In this document: positions 49,283-61,200 of the stretch, in pieces
Layout: every line of letters starts with the position of its first letter
Position numbering within the stretch: position 1 is the first letter of the stretch
Source: Lingula anatina
Lineage: Eukaryota; Animalia; Brachiopoda
Assembly: GCA_051362555.1 (NCBI GenBank)
Contig: CM120642.1
Coordinates: forward strand, 19,654,001-19,718,000
Direction: 5' to 3'
Length of the DNA: 64,000 nt
Notes under the pieces: model-generated
The model's database searches: none
What the model saw: only the letters and a program-made list of their open reading frames with translations
What the model was told of the DNA's origin: nothing
Translations under genes and position numbers: made by a program

Positions 49283-52200
49283 CAAAAATTCATGTCTAGT
49301 AATTGAGAAAGGAAACTGCATTGCTCACTTACAAATATTTAAGAACCCTGGAAAATTGGAGAAGAGCGGGCCAGTCCCCAAGACTGCCACATCAAGAAAT
49401 AAAAGAGTGAGGTGATCAGAATATATCTGGAATTGTGACTCAGAGCATTTACATTTGAACATTGTAATGCTGTCCCATGTAGCATACTGTTGCCTAACCA
49501 TTTGACCCTGAGCTAAGCGAACATATGCCACAAATCAATAGAAAGCTTTCACATGTTGTTCCTATCATATTGGATTGAGATCAAGGTTATATGTTCTCTG
49601 GATTAAGCCTCCATTATCAACTCCCAAAGCTTTAAAGTATGCCCCCATGTATTTTCATGGTACTTTCTCTGCAATTTCTATTATAACGAAATAATTAGGG
49701 AAATAGACAATTTTTAAGAGGTGGGAACTTAACCAGTAGGATACATTTTCTGTGTTAAATGGACTACATACAGGATTTTTGTATTATAAGTTCTTGACAT
49801 TCATTGTGCATACATTCATTTTGATCATGACCTAAAGGCATGTAACATCCTTATGACTTGATGACATTACTAGCAGTTATCTGCTAAATAAAAAACAGCA
49901 ATTTATGAGAAGGGAAATACAAGAAACGTGTATTCTTTCACTCTGCTTAAATCAAGTGCAAAAAATGATCCGATTTTGGGATTTTAGACATAGAATAACA
50001 GAGCAATAATAATGTCATGGAAGCTAACTGCCATGGTATACACTGGTATACACTAACTGATTGTTTTTTTTTATGCCAGTTAGTAGATAAGTCAGTCGAA
50101 GTCTCAAATTAAAAAAAAAAAAACACTGATCTGACATTAGTCCTGGAAGAGACTGGGACCTGTTTAGAAAAGAAGCTCTTGTGTGCATATTCAATTGATA
50201 GCAAGCTTTATGAAACTTGCCCATGATCTGTATTTCTACCTTTTGAAACTGCAATTGCACTAGTAGAGGTTCTTAGACTAATGAATATTGTCCAAGATAA
50301 TCCAAAGTTTCCCAACTTACTGTCAAATCAACCAGAATTTTGTAGCTCTATTCAGAAACAATGGTAGATTAATAAGTTCAGTGCAACATTGAATAAAAGC
50401 AGACAATATTTATCCAAAAAAAAATTTCTGGTAGTTTCTTCAAATCTTGCGACAATAATATGTACATTCATTGAAGATGCACATTTATCAATATTTATAT
50501 GGGGAATGGGAATAAAATGGACAATATTGACAGTACAGTGCTGGTGTGAATGGTCTTAATTTCTGCCATAGGGCACTTGACTTGGTCAGGGCAGGGATCA
50601 TGATCAGGGCATGGTAATTGAGACTTAATTGCATTATTGCCTGTATATATATGGCTACAGGTAAAAAAGCATGCATTAGGCAATGCAACATAATTGTTTG
50701 GCCTAGGTGTATTTTCATTAATTTCTATAATTATGTCTCATATAATTTATAAAGAACAATAATGTGTTTGAAATTAGTTTGTCTCTGTAGTCTGCAGTTA
50801 GTGGTGAAAAGTGTCCTGGCAGTTCTGTGCCCTGTTTTACTGAATAATTTCAGTTATAGGCCCTTACAGGTGCTACTAAAACTTACTAGATCCATAATCG
50901 ACTGCTTAAAGTAGAAGACCTAATAGCACTGTTGAGACTCTTCCAACTTTTGTCGGAATTCTGACTTTTTCAGGGTCATTTGGATCATTCTTGTGAATCG
51001 TGTAAAACAGATCCTACTTTTTCAGTGAGGACTGGTCTCGTCCCTGTAATAGTTTAAGTCTAAAAGTATTTCAAGAATGATAAGTCTTGTAGGATTATTC
51101 CACAATAAATTAACCCTCAATCACCTTTCAGGGGCCTCGCAGGCCCGGACCCATGTATCTTTTGCTCTCTCTTCGTTCGCATGAGGTTTTGAGCCTGTTC
51201 CTTTCATGTAATCTTCAAGCAAATTATACCCCATCAATGGATAAATAATTAGTTTTGAAATAATTTACAACATATGTAGAAATTAACTTTTCCAAAAGTT
51301 AGTCCCATTTCCTGGAAACCGGGCCTCTTAGGCCCGGTCGCTTGATAATTTTACTTCCACATGGGATAAATAAGTCCATGTTACCTCAAATAGCTTTGCT
51401 ATAAAATGTTTTACACAAGCAATATCATGTATGCTATGACTATCAGTATGGTCAATGAAATCTGCCTGTGAAAGATTCAAAACCTGGAGAAATTATTATT
51501 TATGAGTAATCGGTCACCTGATATGCAGATGTCAGTTTAAATCTATCATTATTACATACCTGATAGACTGCGCTACCTTTGCGAAACTTTCCATTTTGAG
51601 AAAAAAATGTTTTTCTGCATTTTCCATACACAGTGTATACTCATGCACCCAGGTGGAGGTAAAGGGAGCAAGGGACTGGTGTAACATGAAAATCTGACTC
51701 CCCCAGTCAGATTTTCATAATGAAAATCCGACTCCCCATGAAAATTTGACTCCCCCACCACAAATGTTCATAAATCTTATTTTATTTGAGTATATGACTG
51801 TGATATTGTAGTATGTAAAATGGAGGATACTTTGGCACTTTTTTTTAAGTTTGCAGGTGAATATTTTCATGAAAAAAAATATGAAAATTAAAAATGTGCA
51901 CTTAACCGCCCATTGTCTCCCCTTTGAAAAAGCTATTTATTTGATATTGGATGATCATTTCTACATCTTTCCTTTAAATTTAATTTATGAAGATAAAATT
52001 GGAAATATTTGAAAGTTTGATGGTAAACTATTGGGTTTGATGGTAAACTACATAGTTTGCACAGAGATGTACATTTTGTTATTATTTGAAAGTTTGGTGG
52101 TGAAAATTTTGGTGAATATTTTTAAAACAAGTATTCATCTTACTACCTGTAGGTTTTGCACTTCCATGTCAAAATGCTACATTTTTAACTCAAGAAATTG

Positions 52201-55200
52201 GCCCCATCGCCTTTTTACTGAATTCTTCGTATAGCATACCCAGTATTTTACCATTCAAACTTTCAAATATTTCCAATATATTCTTCATTAAGTATCCTTA
52301 AAGAAAAGATGTCAGAATGATCATCAAATATCAAATAGATAGCCTTTTCATAGGGGAGTCATTGGGTGTTAGAATACAAATCTTTAATTTTTATGTACAG
52401 ACACAGATGTGTCTGTACATATTGCCATCACCTGCGTCTGTCGTCGCCGTCGTCGCCGATGCCGATGCCGTCGCCGATGCCGGTGCCGTGCACTTTCAGC
52501 GTTAACACGATAAGTGGAAGAAAGTTTTACTTTTTGGCTTTATATTTACAGAGCTGATGAATATTCATAAAACCCAGGTCAAGTTCGAAAATCAGCATGA
52601 TCGAGCCTTTATTGTAGAAGTTATGCTGTTTTTTCACTTTTCAGCATATATACAACACTGTTAACACATTTCAAGGAAAACCGATAGGCCTGTTGTCATG
52701 AAACTCACAGGAGCAATCAATCTTACTAAAACGCAGGTCAAGTTCGAAAATCGGCACGATCGGGCCACTATTTTAGTAGTTATGCTGTTTTTTCACTTTT
52801 TAGCATATATGCAACACTGTAAACACAATATAAGAAAAACAGATAGGCCAATTGTCATTTAAACTCACAGGAGTGGTCAATCTTACTAAAATGCAGGTTG
52901 AGTTTGAAAATTAGCATAATTGGGCCATTATTTTAGAAGTTATGCTGTTTTTTCACATTTCCTTAGATTCAGTTCTTAGGCATGTTAACAGTTTCATTAT
53001 TTAATTAATAAGAAATGTAAAAGTGTTTGTTTGACATTTTCTGCATCTTTACAACATTGTTAGTTGATTTCGTAAAAATGATGGTAAACTTGTTATGGTG
53101 TATTGTGTAATAAAGTGTCAAAAATGGAATTAAACTCATATCATTGCAGTTTGTCAGATTCAATAATTCAGTATGTTTAGAAACTCAGAATGGAAGAAAT
53201 TGGACATTTAACACTATTCTATTAATATTTTTCCCATCTCATCAATTTTCTTAGTTGATCATATATAAATGGCAGTAAATTGTTAATTTTGTTATATGTT
53301 AAAAAATTGTTAAAAATGGAAAAAAACACATTTCAGGACAGTGCTGTCTTGTCTACATTTTGGCATATTCAAGGTGTGACTTTGAAGTTCCTTGGGCCTG
53401 AAGACCTTTGCTAGGAACATTTTCTGAATATCCATGATACTAATATTTTATTATTAAAAATTGATGGTAATTATCCTGTTAAACATTATGTAATATTGCA
53501 TCAAAATTTGAAGACACCCCTATTTTGGACACTGCTCCCATGATGACCATTTAAGGAAAACCATGTCACTTACTGTTCTCAAACTTACAGGAAGAAACAT
53601 GGGACTTAAATAAAGCTTCAGTGGGCAATGCAGTCTATTTGGTAAATTTTTTTGGCAGTTAATCAGTTTTTTGTGAAAATTTAATTTTTATGTACAGACA
53701 CAGATGTGTCTGTACATATTGCCATCACCTGCGTCTGTCGTCGCCGTCGTCGCCGATGCCGATGCCGATGCCGATGGCGATGCCGTCGCCGTGCACTTTC
53801 ACTGTAAACACGATAAGTGGAACACAGTTTTATTTTTTGGTTTTATATTTACAGAGCTGATGAATATTCATAAAACGCAGGTCAAGTTCGAAAATCAGCA
53901 TGATCGGGCCATTATTGTAGAAGTTATGCTGTTTTTTCACTTTTCAGCATATATGCAACCCTGTAAACACATTTTAAGGAAAACCGTTAGGCCTGTTGTC
54001 ATGAAACTCAGAGAAGTAATCAATCTTTTTAAAACGCAGGTCAAGTCCGAAAATGGGCATGATCGGGCCACTATTTTAGTAGTTATGCTGTTTTTTCCTT
54101 TTTTCAGCATATGTGCAACACTGTAAACACAATTTAAGAAAAACAGATGGGCCAATTGTCATTAAACTCACAGGAGTGGTCAATCTTACTAAAACGCAGG
54201 TTGAGTTCGAAAATCAGCATAATCGGGCCATTATTTTAGAAGTTATGCTGTTTTTTCACATTTCCTCAGATTCAATTCTTAGGCATGTTAACAGTCTTAT
54301 TATTTTACTAATAAGATACATTAAAGTGTTTGTTTGACATTTCCTGCATCTTTACAACATTGTTAGTAGATTATGTAAAAATGATGGTAAACTTGTTATC
54401 GTGTATTGTGTAATAAAGTGTCAAAAATGGAAATAAACTCATATCATTGCAGTTTGTCAGATTCAATCATTCACTATGTTCAGAATCTCAGAATGGAGGA
54501 AATTGGACATTTAACACTATTCTATTGATATTTTCCCATCTCATCAATTATCTTAGTTGATGCTATAAAAATGGCAGTAAACTGTTTATTTTGTTTTATG
54601 TTAAAAAAAGTGTTAAAAATGGAAATAAACCCATGTCAGAACAGTGCTGTCTTGTTTCACATTTCCTCAGATTCAATTCTTAGGCATGTTAACAGTCTTA
54701 TTATTTAACTAATAAGACATGTAAAAGTGTTTGGTTGACATTTCCTGCATCTTTACAACATTATTAGTTGATTATGTAAAAATGATGGTAAACTTGTTAT
54801 CTTGTATTGTGTAATAAAGTTTCAAAAATGGAAACAAACTCATATCATTGCAGTTTGTCAGATTTAATCATTCACTATGTTCAGAATCTCAGAATGGAGG
54901 AAATTGGACATTTAACACTGTTGTATTGATATTTTTCCCATCTCATCAATTTTCTTAGTTGATCGTATAAAAATGGCAGTAACCTGTTAATTTTGTTTTA
55001 TGTTTAAAAAATTGTTAAAAATGGAAAAAAAAAAACATTTCAGAACAGTGCTGTCTTGTTTACATTTTGGCATTTTCTAGTTGTGACTTTGAAGTTCCAT
55101 GGGCCTGAAGACCTTTGCTAGTCACATTTTCTGAATATCCATGATACTAATATTTTATTATTAGAAATTGATGGTCATTATGCTGTTAAACATTATGTAA

Positions 55201-58200
55201 TATTGCATCAAAATTTGAAAAAAATCTATTTTGGGCACTGCTCCCATGATGAGCATTTAAGAAAAACCATGTCACTTACTGTTCTCAAACAGTACAGTAA
55301 ATATGTACAGATGTGTCTGTACATATTGCCATCACCTGCGTCTGTCGTCGCCGTCGTCACTGTCGCTGGTGCCGTGCACTTTCATTGTAAACACGATAAG
55401 TGGAAGGCAATTTTACTTTTTGACTGTATATTTACAGAGCTGATGAATATTCATAAAATGCAGATCAAGTTCGAAAATCAGCATGATCGGGCCACTATTT
55501 TAGTAGTTATGCTGTTTTTTCATTTTTCAGCATATATGCAACACTGTAAACACAATATAAGAAAAACAGGCCAATTGTCATTAAACTCACAGGAGTGGTC
55601 ATTCCTGCTAAAACGCAGGTTGAGTTAAAAAAAACAGCATAATCGGGCCATTATTTTAAAAAAATGCCGTTTTTTCACATTTCCTCAGATTCAATTCTTA
55701 GGCATGTTAACAGTTTCATTATTTAATTAATAAGATACGTAAAAGTGTTTGTTTGGCATTTCCTGCATCTTTACAACATTATTAGTTGATTATGTAAAAA
55801 TGATGGTAAACTTGTTATCATGTATTGTGTAATAAAGTTTCAAAAATGGAAATAAACTCATATCATTGCAGTTTGTCAGATTCAATCATTCACTATGTTC
55901 AGAATCTCAGAATGGAAGAAATTGGACATTTAACACTGCTCTATTGATATTTTCCCCATCTCATCAATTTTCTTAGTTGATCATATAAAAATGGCAGTTA
56001 ACTGTTTATTTTGTGTTATGTTAAAAATTATAAAAAATAAAAAAAAAACATTTCAGAACAGTGCTGTCTTGTTTACATTTTGGCATTTTCAAGTTGTGAC
56101 TTGAAGTTCCATGGGCCTGAAGACCTTTGCTAGTCACATTTTCTGAATATCCATAATACTAATATTTTATTATTAAAATTGATGGTCATTATGCTGTTAA
56201 ACATTATGTAATATTGCATCAAAATTTGAAAAAAAGTATTTTGGGCACTGCTGCCATGAGGACCATTATGGGAAAATCATGTTACTTATGATTGCCTTAC
56301 TTTCAAAAAAAAAAGAAATACAGGACTTAAATGCAGCCTGAGTTGGAAAAGCAGTCTAATTGGCTTCTTTTTCTGGAAGTTATACATATACAAAGTGTGA
56401 ACTTGTTACACATTTTACTTACATTGGTATTACCTGTTGAGCATAATTAAAATTTGATGTTGAATTTGCAGTTTAACATAATGTACTTTTGCATCAGAAT
56501 TGACAGTAGCCTATTTTGTGCATAGTTATTTCCTGTTTTTTGTCTGTACATTTGACAGCTTTGCTGCCTTGTTCACATATTGGCATTTTCAAGGTGTGAC
56601 TTAGAACCTCCACGGGCTTGAAGACCCATGCTAGTCACATTTTCTGAAAATCCACGATACGTATATTTTATTATGAGGCCACCTGCGTCTGTCGTCGCCG
56701 TCGCCAATCATGTTGCCGTCACCGTCGCTGTGCACTTTCAGCGTTAACACCGTAAGTGGAAGACAGTTTTACTTTTTGGCTTTATATTTACAGAGCTGAT
56801 GAGTATTCATAAAATGCAGGTTAAGTTCGAAAATAAGCATGATCGGGCCATTATTGTAGAAGTTATGCTATTTTTTCACTTTTCAGCATATATGCAACAT
56901 CGTTAACACATTTCAATAAAAACCGGTAGGCCTGTTGTCATGAAACTCATAGGGGTAATCAATCTTACTAAAACGCAGGTCAAGTTCGAAAATCGGCATG
57001 ATCAGGCCACTATTTTAGTAGTTATGCTGTTTTTTTCACTTTTCAGCATATGTGCAACACTGTTAACACATTTCAAGGAAAACCCGATAGACCTGTTGTC
57101 ATGAAACTCACAGGAGTAATTAATCTTACTAAAACGTAGGTCAAGTTTGAAAATCAGCATAATCGGGCCATTATTTTATAAGTTGTGCTGTTTTTTCACG
57201 TTTCCTCAGATTCAATTCTTAGGCATGTTAACAGTCTCATTATTTAACTAATAAGATTCGTAAAAGTGTTTGTTTGACATTTCCTGCATCTTTACAACAT
57301 TGTTAGTTGATTATGTAAAAATGATGGTAAACTTCTTATTTTAGTAGTTATGCTGTTTTTTACACTTTTCAGCATATATGCAACACTGTAAACACAATAT
57401 AAGAAAAACAGATGGGCCAATTGTCATGAAAGTCATAGGAGTGGTCAGTTTTGCTAAAATGCATGTTGAGTTCGTAAACCAGCATAATCGTGCCAATATT
57501 TTTGAAGGTATTCTGTTTTTTCACATTTCCTCAGATTCATTTCTTAGGCATGTTAACAGTCTTATTATTAAACTAATAAGATATGTAAAAGCGTTTGTTT
57601 GACATTTCCTGCATCTTTACAACATTGTTAGTTGATTTAGTAAAAATGATGGTAAACTTGTTATCATGTATTGTGTAAAAAAGTGTCAAAAATGGAAATA
57701 AACTCATATCATTGCAGTTTGTCAGATTTAATCATTCACTATGTTCAGAATCTCAGAATGGAGGAAATTGGACATTTAACACTGTTCTATTGATATTTTT
57801 CCCATCTCATCAATTTTCTTAGTTGATCATATAAAAATGGCAGTAAACTGTTAATTTTGTTTTATGTTAAAAAATTGTTAAAAATGGGGAAAAAAACATT
57901 TCAGAACCGTGCTGTCTTGTCTTTATTTCCACGTAAGCAGTTGTATTGTTTTTTATGTCTTTAAACATTATGTAATATTATTTTATGCACTGTCATCATT
58001 TTTCAAAAATTGAGACTTTCATCATGTGAATTTGAACTCTCATGATCCTGAAACTGTAATCTTATTGAAGGGGTGGATTGAGACCATCTTCTGGGTCTTC
58101 CGGAAGATGGTCAGGTTATTAAGTTTATATTGACTGGTATCTATTTTTTTTCTGTTGGAAGACCATAAAAATGGGGGATGGATCAACATAGATACTTTGG

Positions 58201-61200
58201 AATACTATCAGAAAATATCTCTGGGTTCGCTCCTGTTATTGACCATGGTACCTGTTGTGCATGATTAGAATTCAGTGTTGACTGACAGTGCTATTATAAG
58301 CATGATTTATTATTGCATCAAAATTGACAAAATGACCTATTTTGCATCTTTATTTTCTGTTTTTTGTCTGTACATTTGACAGCTTTGCTGCCTTGTTCTT
58401 ATTTTTTAATGTGTTTTTTATTATTATTATTTTTTTCACCCAATTTTTTAACCATTAAACTTTCAAGTACTAATTCAATATATTCCTCATAAAGTATCCT
58501 CAAAGAAAAGATGTTGAAATGGTCATCAAATGTCAAATAAATAGCTTTTTCATTGGGGAGTCCTTGGGTGGTAAAATACAAATCTTTAATTTTTTTTTTT
58601 TTTTTCATGAAAATTTTCACCTGCAAACTAACAAAAAGTGCCAATGTGTCCTCCATTATGCATACTACAAGATCATAGTCATTTACCCAAATTAAATTAG
58701 ATTTTTGAATGTTTTTTGATGGGAGTCAGATTTCCATGGTACACCGGGCCTCTGAGGCCCGGTTTCAGGGTTTACGTAGGGTTCCATTTCCTTGTGGATG
58801 AGGGTTAAGTTGACATAAATTCTAAATGAGCTATTGTCACCACTGAGAAATCTTCGATCTTGAAATTTTGATTAATGTATTACTGCTGATCTCCTCAGAT
58901 TGGCAAAAATCCCACACTGGTCCATGCTTATAGTTTATACTCTATATGAATAACATTTAAGGAACATTAAGTATGATAATAGATATTCATTTGGTATTTT
59001 ATTTTATTACTTTCCTATCCACTTGATAAAGGGTGTAGATAGTGAAGATGAATTGAATAGCTGTTGAAATAAGCTGTTTATTGATATGTTACATATTGAT
59101 ATATCTTGGTCAGGTTAAAAGAGGATAGCCATGTTCCGGGTACCAACCCCTGTCCACACTTTTAATTACAGTGTTATCCTTAACAAACTACTTATCTCAA
59201 ATTTTGATATTTTTCATTCAAATTCATTGTTACAGTATAATTTTTCAAGTTGTATACCCAGCCTTACTAGTACACTACAGATACTGTCCCTGTGGCCGCA
59301 ATACAACCCTGGTCATATTTTATATTGAAGAGGTGAAGCTTAACTCCAATTTCATGATAGCATGATCTTAAATAATTTTGAACTTATTTTCAGGTTATAT
59401 ACCTCCCCCAAAAGACCTAGTCCCCAGGATCGCAATGTGAGCCCGTACAAGTGGATGAGGCACGTGTTCGACCACCCGAGTCCCGAGGTGGAGAGCGCCA
59501 GGAGGTCTCTCGTGGGACGCCTGGAAGAACTAGCCAGAAGTAAGTTTGGGTAGACTGTGGCATATCTAGGACCCCAATCACAACTGCGGATACGCAGATC
59601 TGTTAGGGGCCATTTAGAATTGAAGTGTCAACTGGTCCAAGGCCTCTTACACATCTCCTTACGCTTCCCTGGAGAGAGACAGTAATTGTACCACCAGCGT
59701 TAGCGCTGGCGGTACACATGGTTTCGGTCCCGTCCGGATCGTTCCGCCGGCTCCGCCGGACGGCTACCGTTACCGCTTCTCCTCCTAGACGGTAAGGGCC
59801 CCCGTACCCATCTCATGGATTTAGGTCACCTATAATCTCAACTCGTTCCACGTAAAATTTGGGCTTTGTCGGTATTGGGGTCTGGGTGTGGCACTCATTA
59901 CAATGCACCCTTGTCTAAAAATGGCAAAATTAAATGCTAATTATCTACCCTACGGAAGGAGTTATGGGAAAAATTTCTATAGACGGCTTTCCAAAACTCA
60001 TATGTGTAGATTTCAAATATACCCATGGATTTGACCTTTGACCTTTACTTCAAGGTCAAATGGGTCAAAATTTTCAAAAAAATGAAATTTTTTACGAAAA
60101 AAATTTTTTTTGCCCTGTTATTCAGACACTACACAGACTTAATCAATGATATTATTGAAAAGTGTTACCCTTCAGGTCATCTTTCATCTCCATGAATTTG
60201 GGGTCAATCGGTGCATTTTCACCGGAGTAGCGGCCATAAGATACCGAAACTGAAAACTGTCTCTAATTCGGGAACCATTAATGCTAGAGACCCATTCTTT
60301 TTTGCATTTTGTAGAGCATGTAAAGCCCAACACTGGAAGTGGTCTCGGTTTTTTTGTATTCCATACGGTTTTCGAGTTATGCTGTATCAAAAAGTACATA
60401 TTGGTGGTAAAAGCAAAATGTGCAGTACGGTAATGGATAATAAATTTTGAACTCTGGAAAAATAAAACATAAGGCTTGGCAAAGCAGACAACTTGTGTTC
60501 AAAAATGACATTATTTCATCAAATTTGAACTTCTGAAACTTCAGAGCACCTCCTATTTCAAGAATTTTGACCAAAATGACATTTTCTTTATTTTAATTAA
60601 TTTTTTCTGTACGAAATTTAAGGCACATTATGGTAACTCCAAAATTATAACATTTAGTCCCTTATATCTCCAAAACTGGCAGAGATAGGTCCATAGTTAC
60701 TATTGAACTTGAATAGAAAGTCATATATTGGCAATCTTACTGTGACCTTGAAATTGACCTTTGACCTACTTTTCACCATGAACTGAACTTTGCAAATTTT
60801 GCTTCCCTTTTATCTCCAAAACTGGCAGAGATAGGTCCATAGTTACTATTGAACTTGAATAGAAAGTCATATACTGGCAATCTAAATGTGATCTTAAAAT
60901 TGACCTTTGACCTACTTTTCACCATAAACTGAACTTTGCAAATTTTGCTTCCCTTTTATCTCCAAAACTGGCTGAGATAGGTCCATAGTTAGTATTGAAC
61001 TTGAATAGGAAGTCATATACTGGCAATCTCAATGTGACCTTGAAATTGACCTTTGACCTACTTTTCACCATGAATTGAACTTTGCAAATTTTTCTTCCCT
61101 TTTATCTCCAAAACTGGCAGAGATAGGTCCATAGTTACTATTGAATTTGAATAGGAAGTCATATACTGGCAATCTAAATGTGACCTTAAAATTGACCTTT

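Larger units (their letters stand above)
51114..58804. mobile_element. piggyBac-like non-autonomous composite element (~7.7 kb) in SLAIN intron 1
   Basis: TTAA|CCCTCAATCAC ... GTGGATGAGGG|TTAA; subterminal palindrome ACCGGGCCTC-(TTA/TGA)-GGCCCGGT at ~51318 and ~58743; no transposase ORF seen. Confidence 0.65.

Noticed and set aside
52317-57602. Recurrent ORFs MCLYILPSPASVVAVVADAD... as a repeated peptide gene family
   Set aside because: They arise from the hairpin and microsatellite of the HINE units; frames break differently in each copy and there are no Rep/helicase or transposase motifs.
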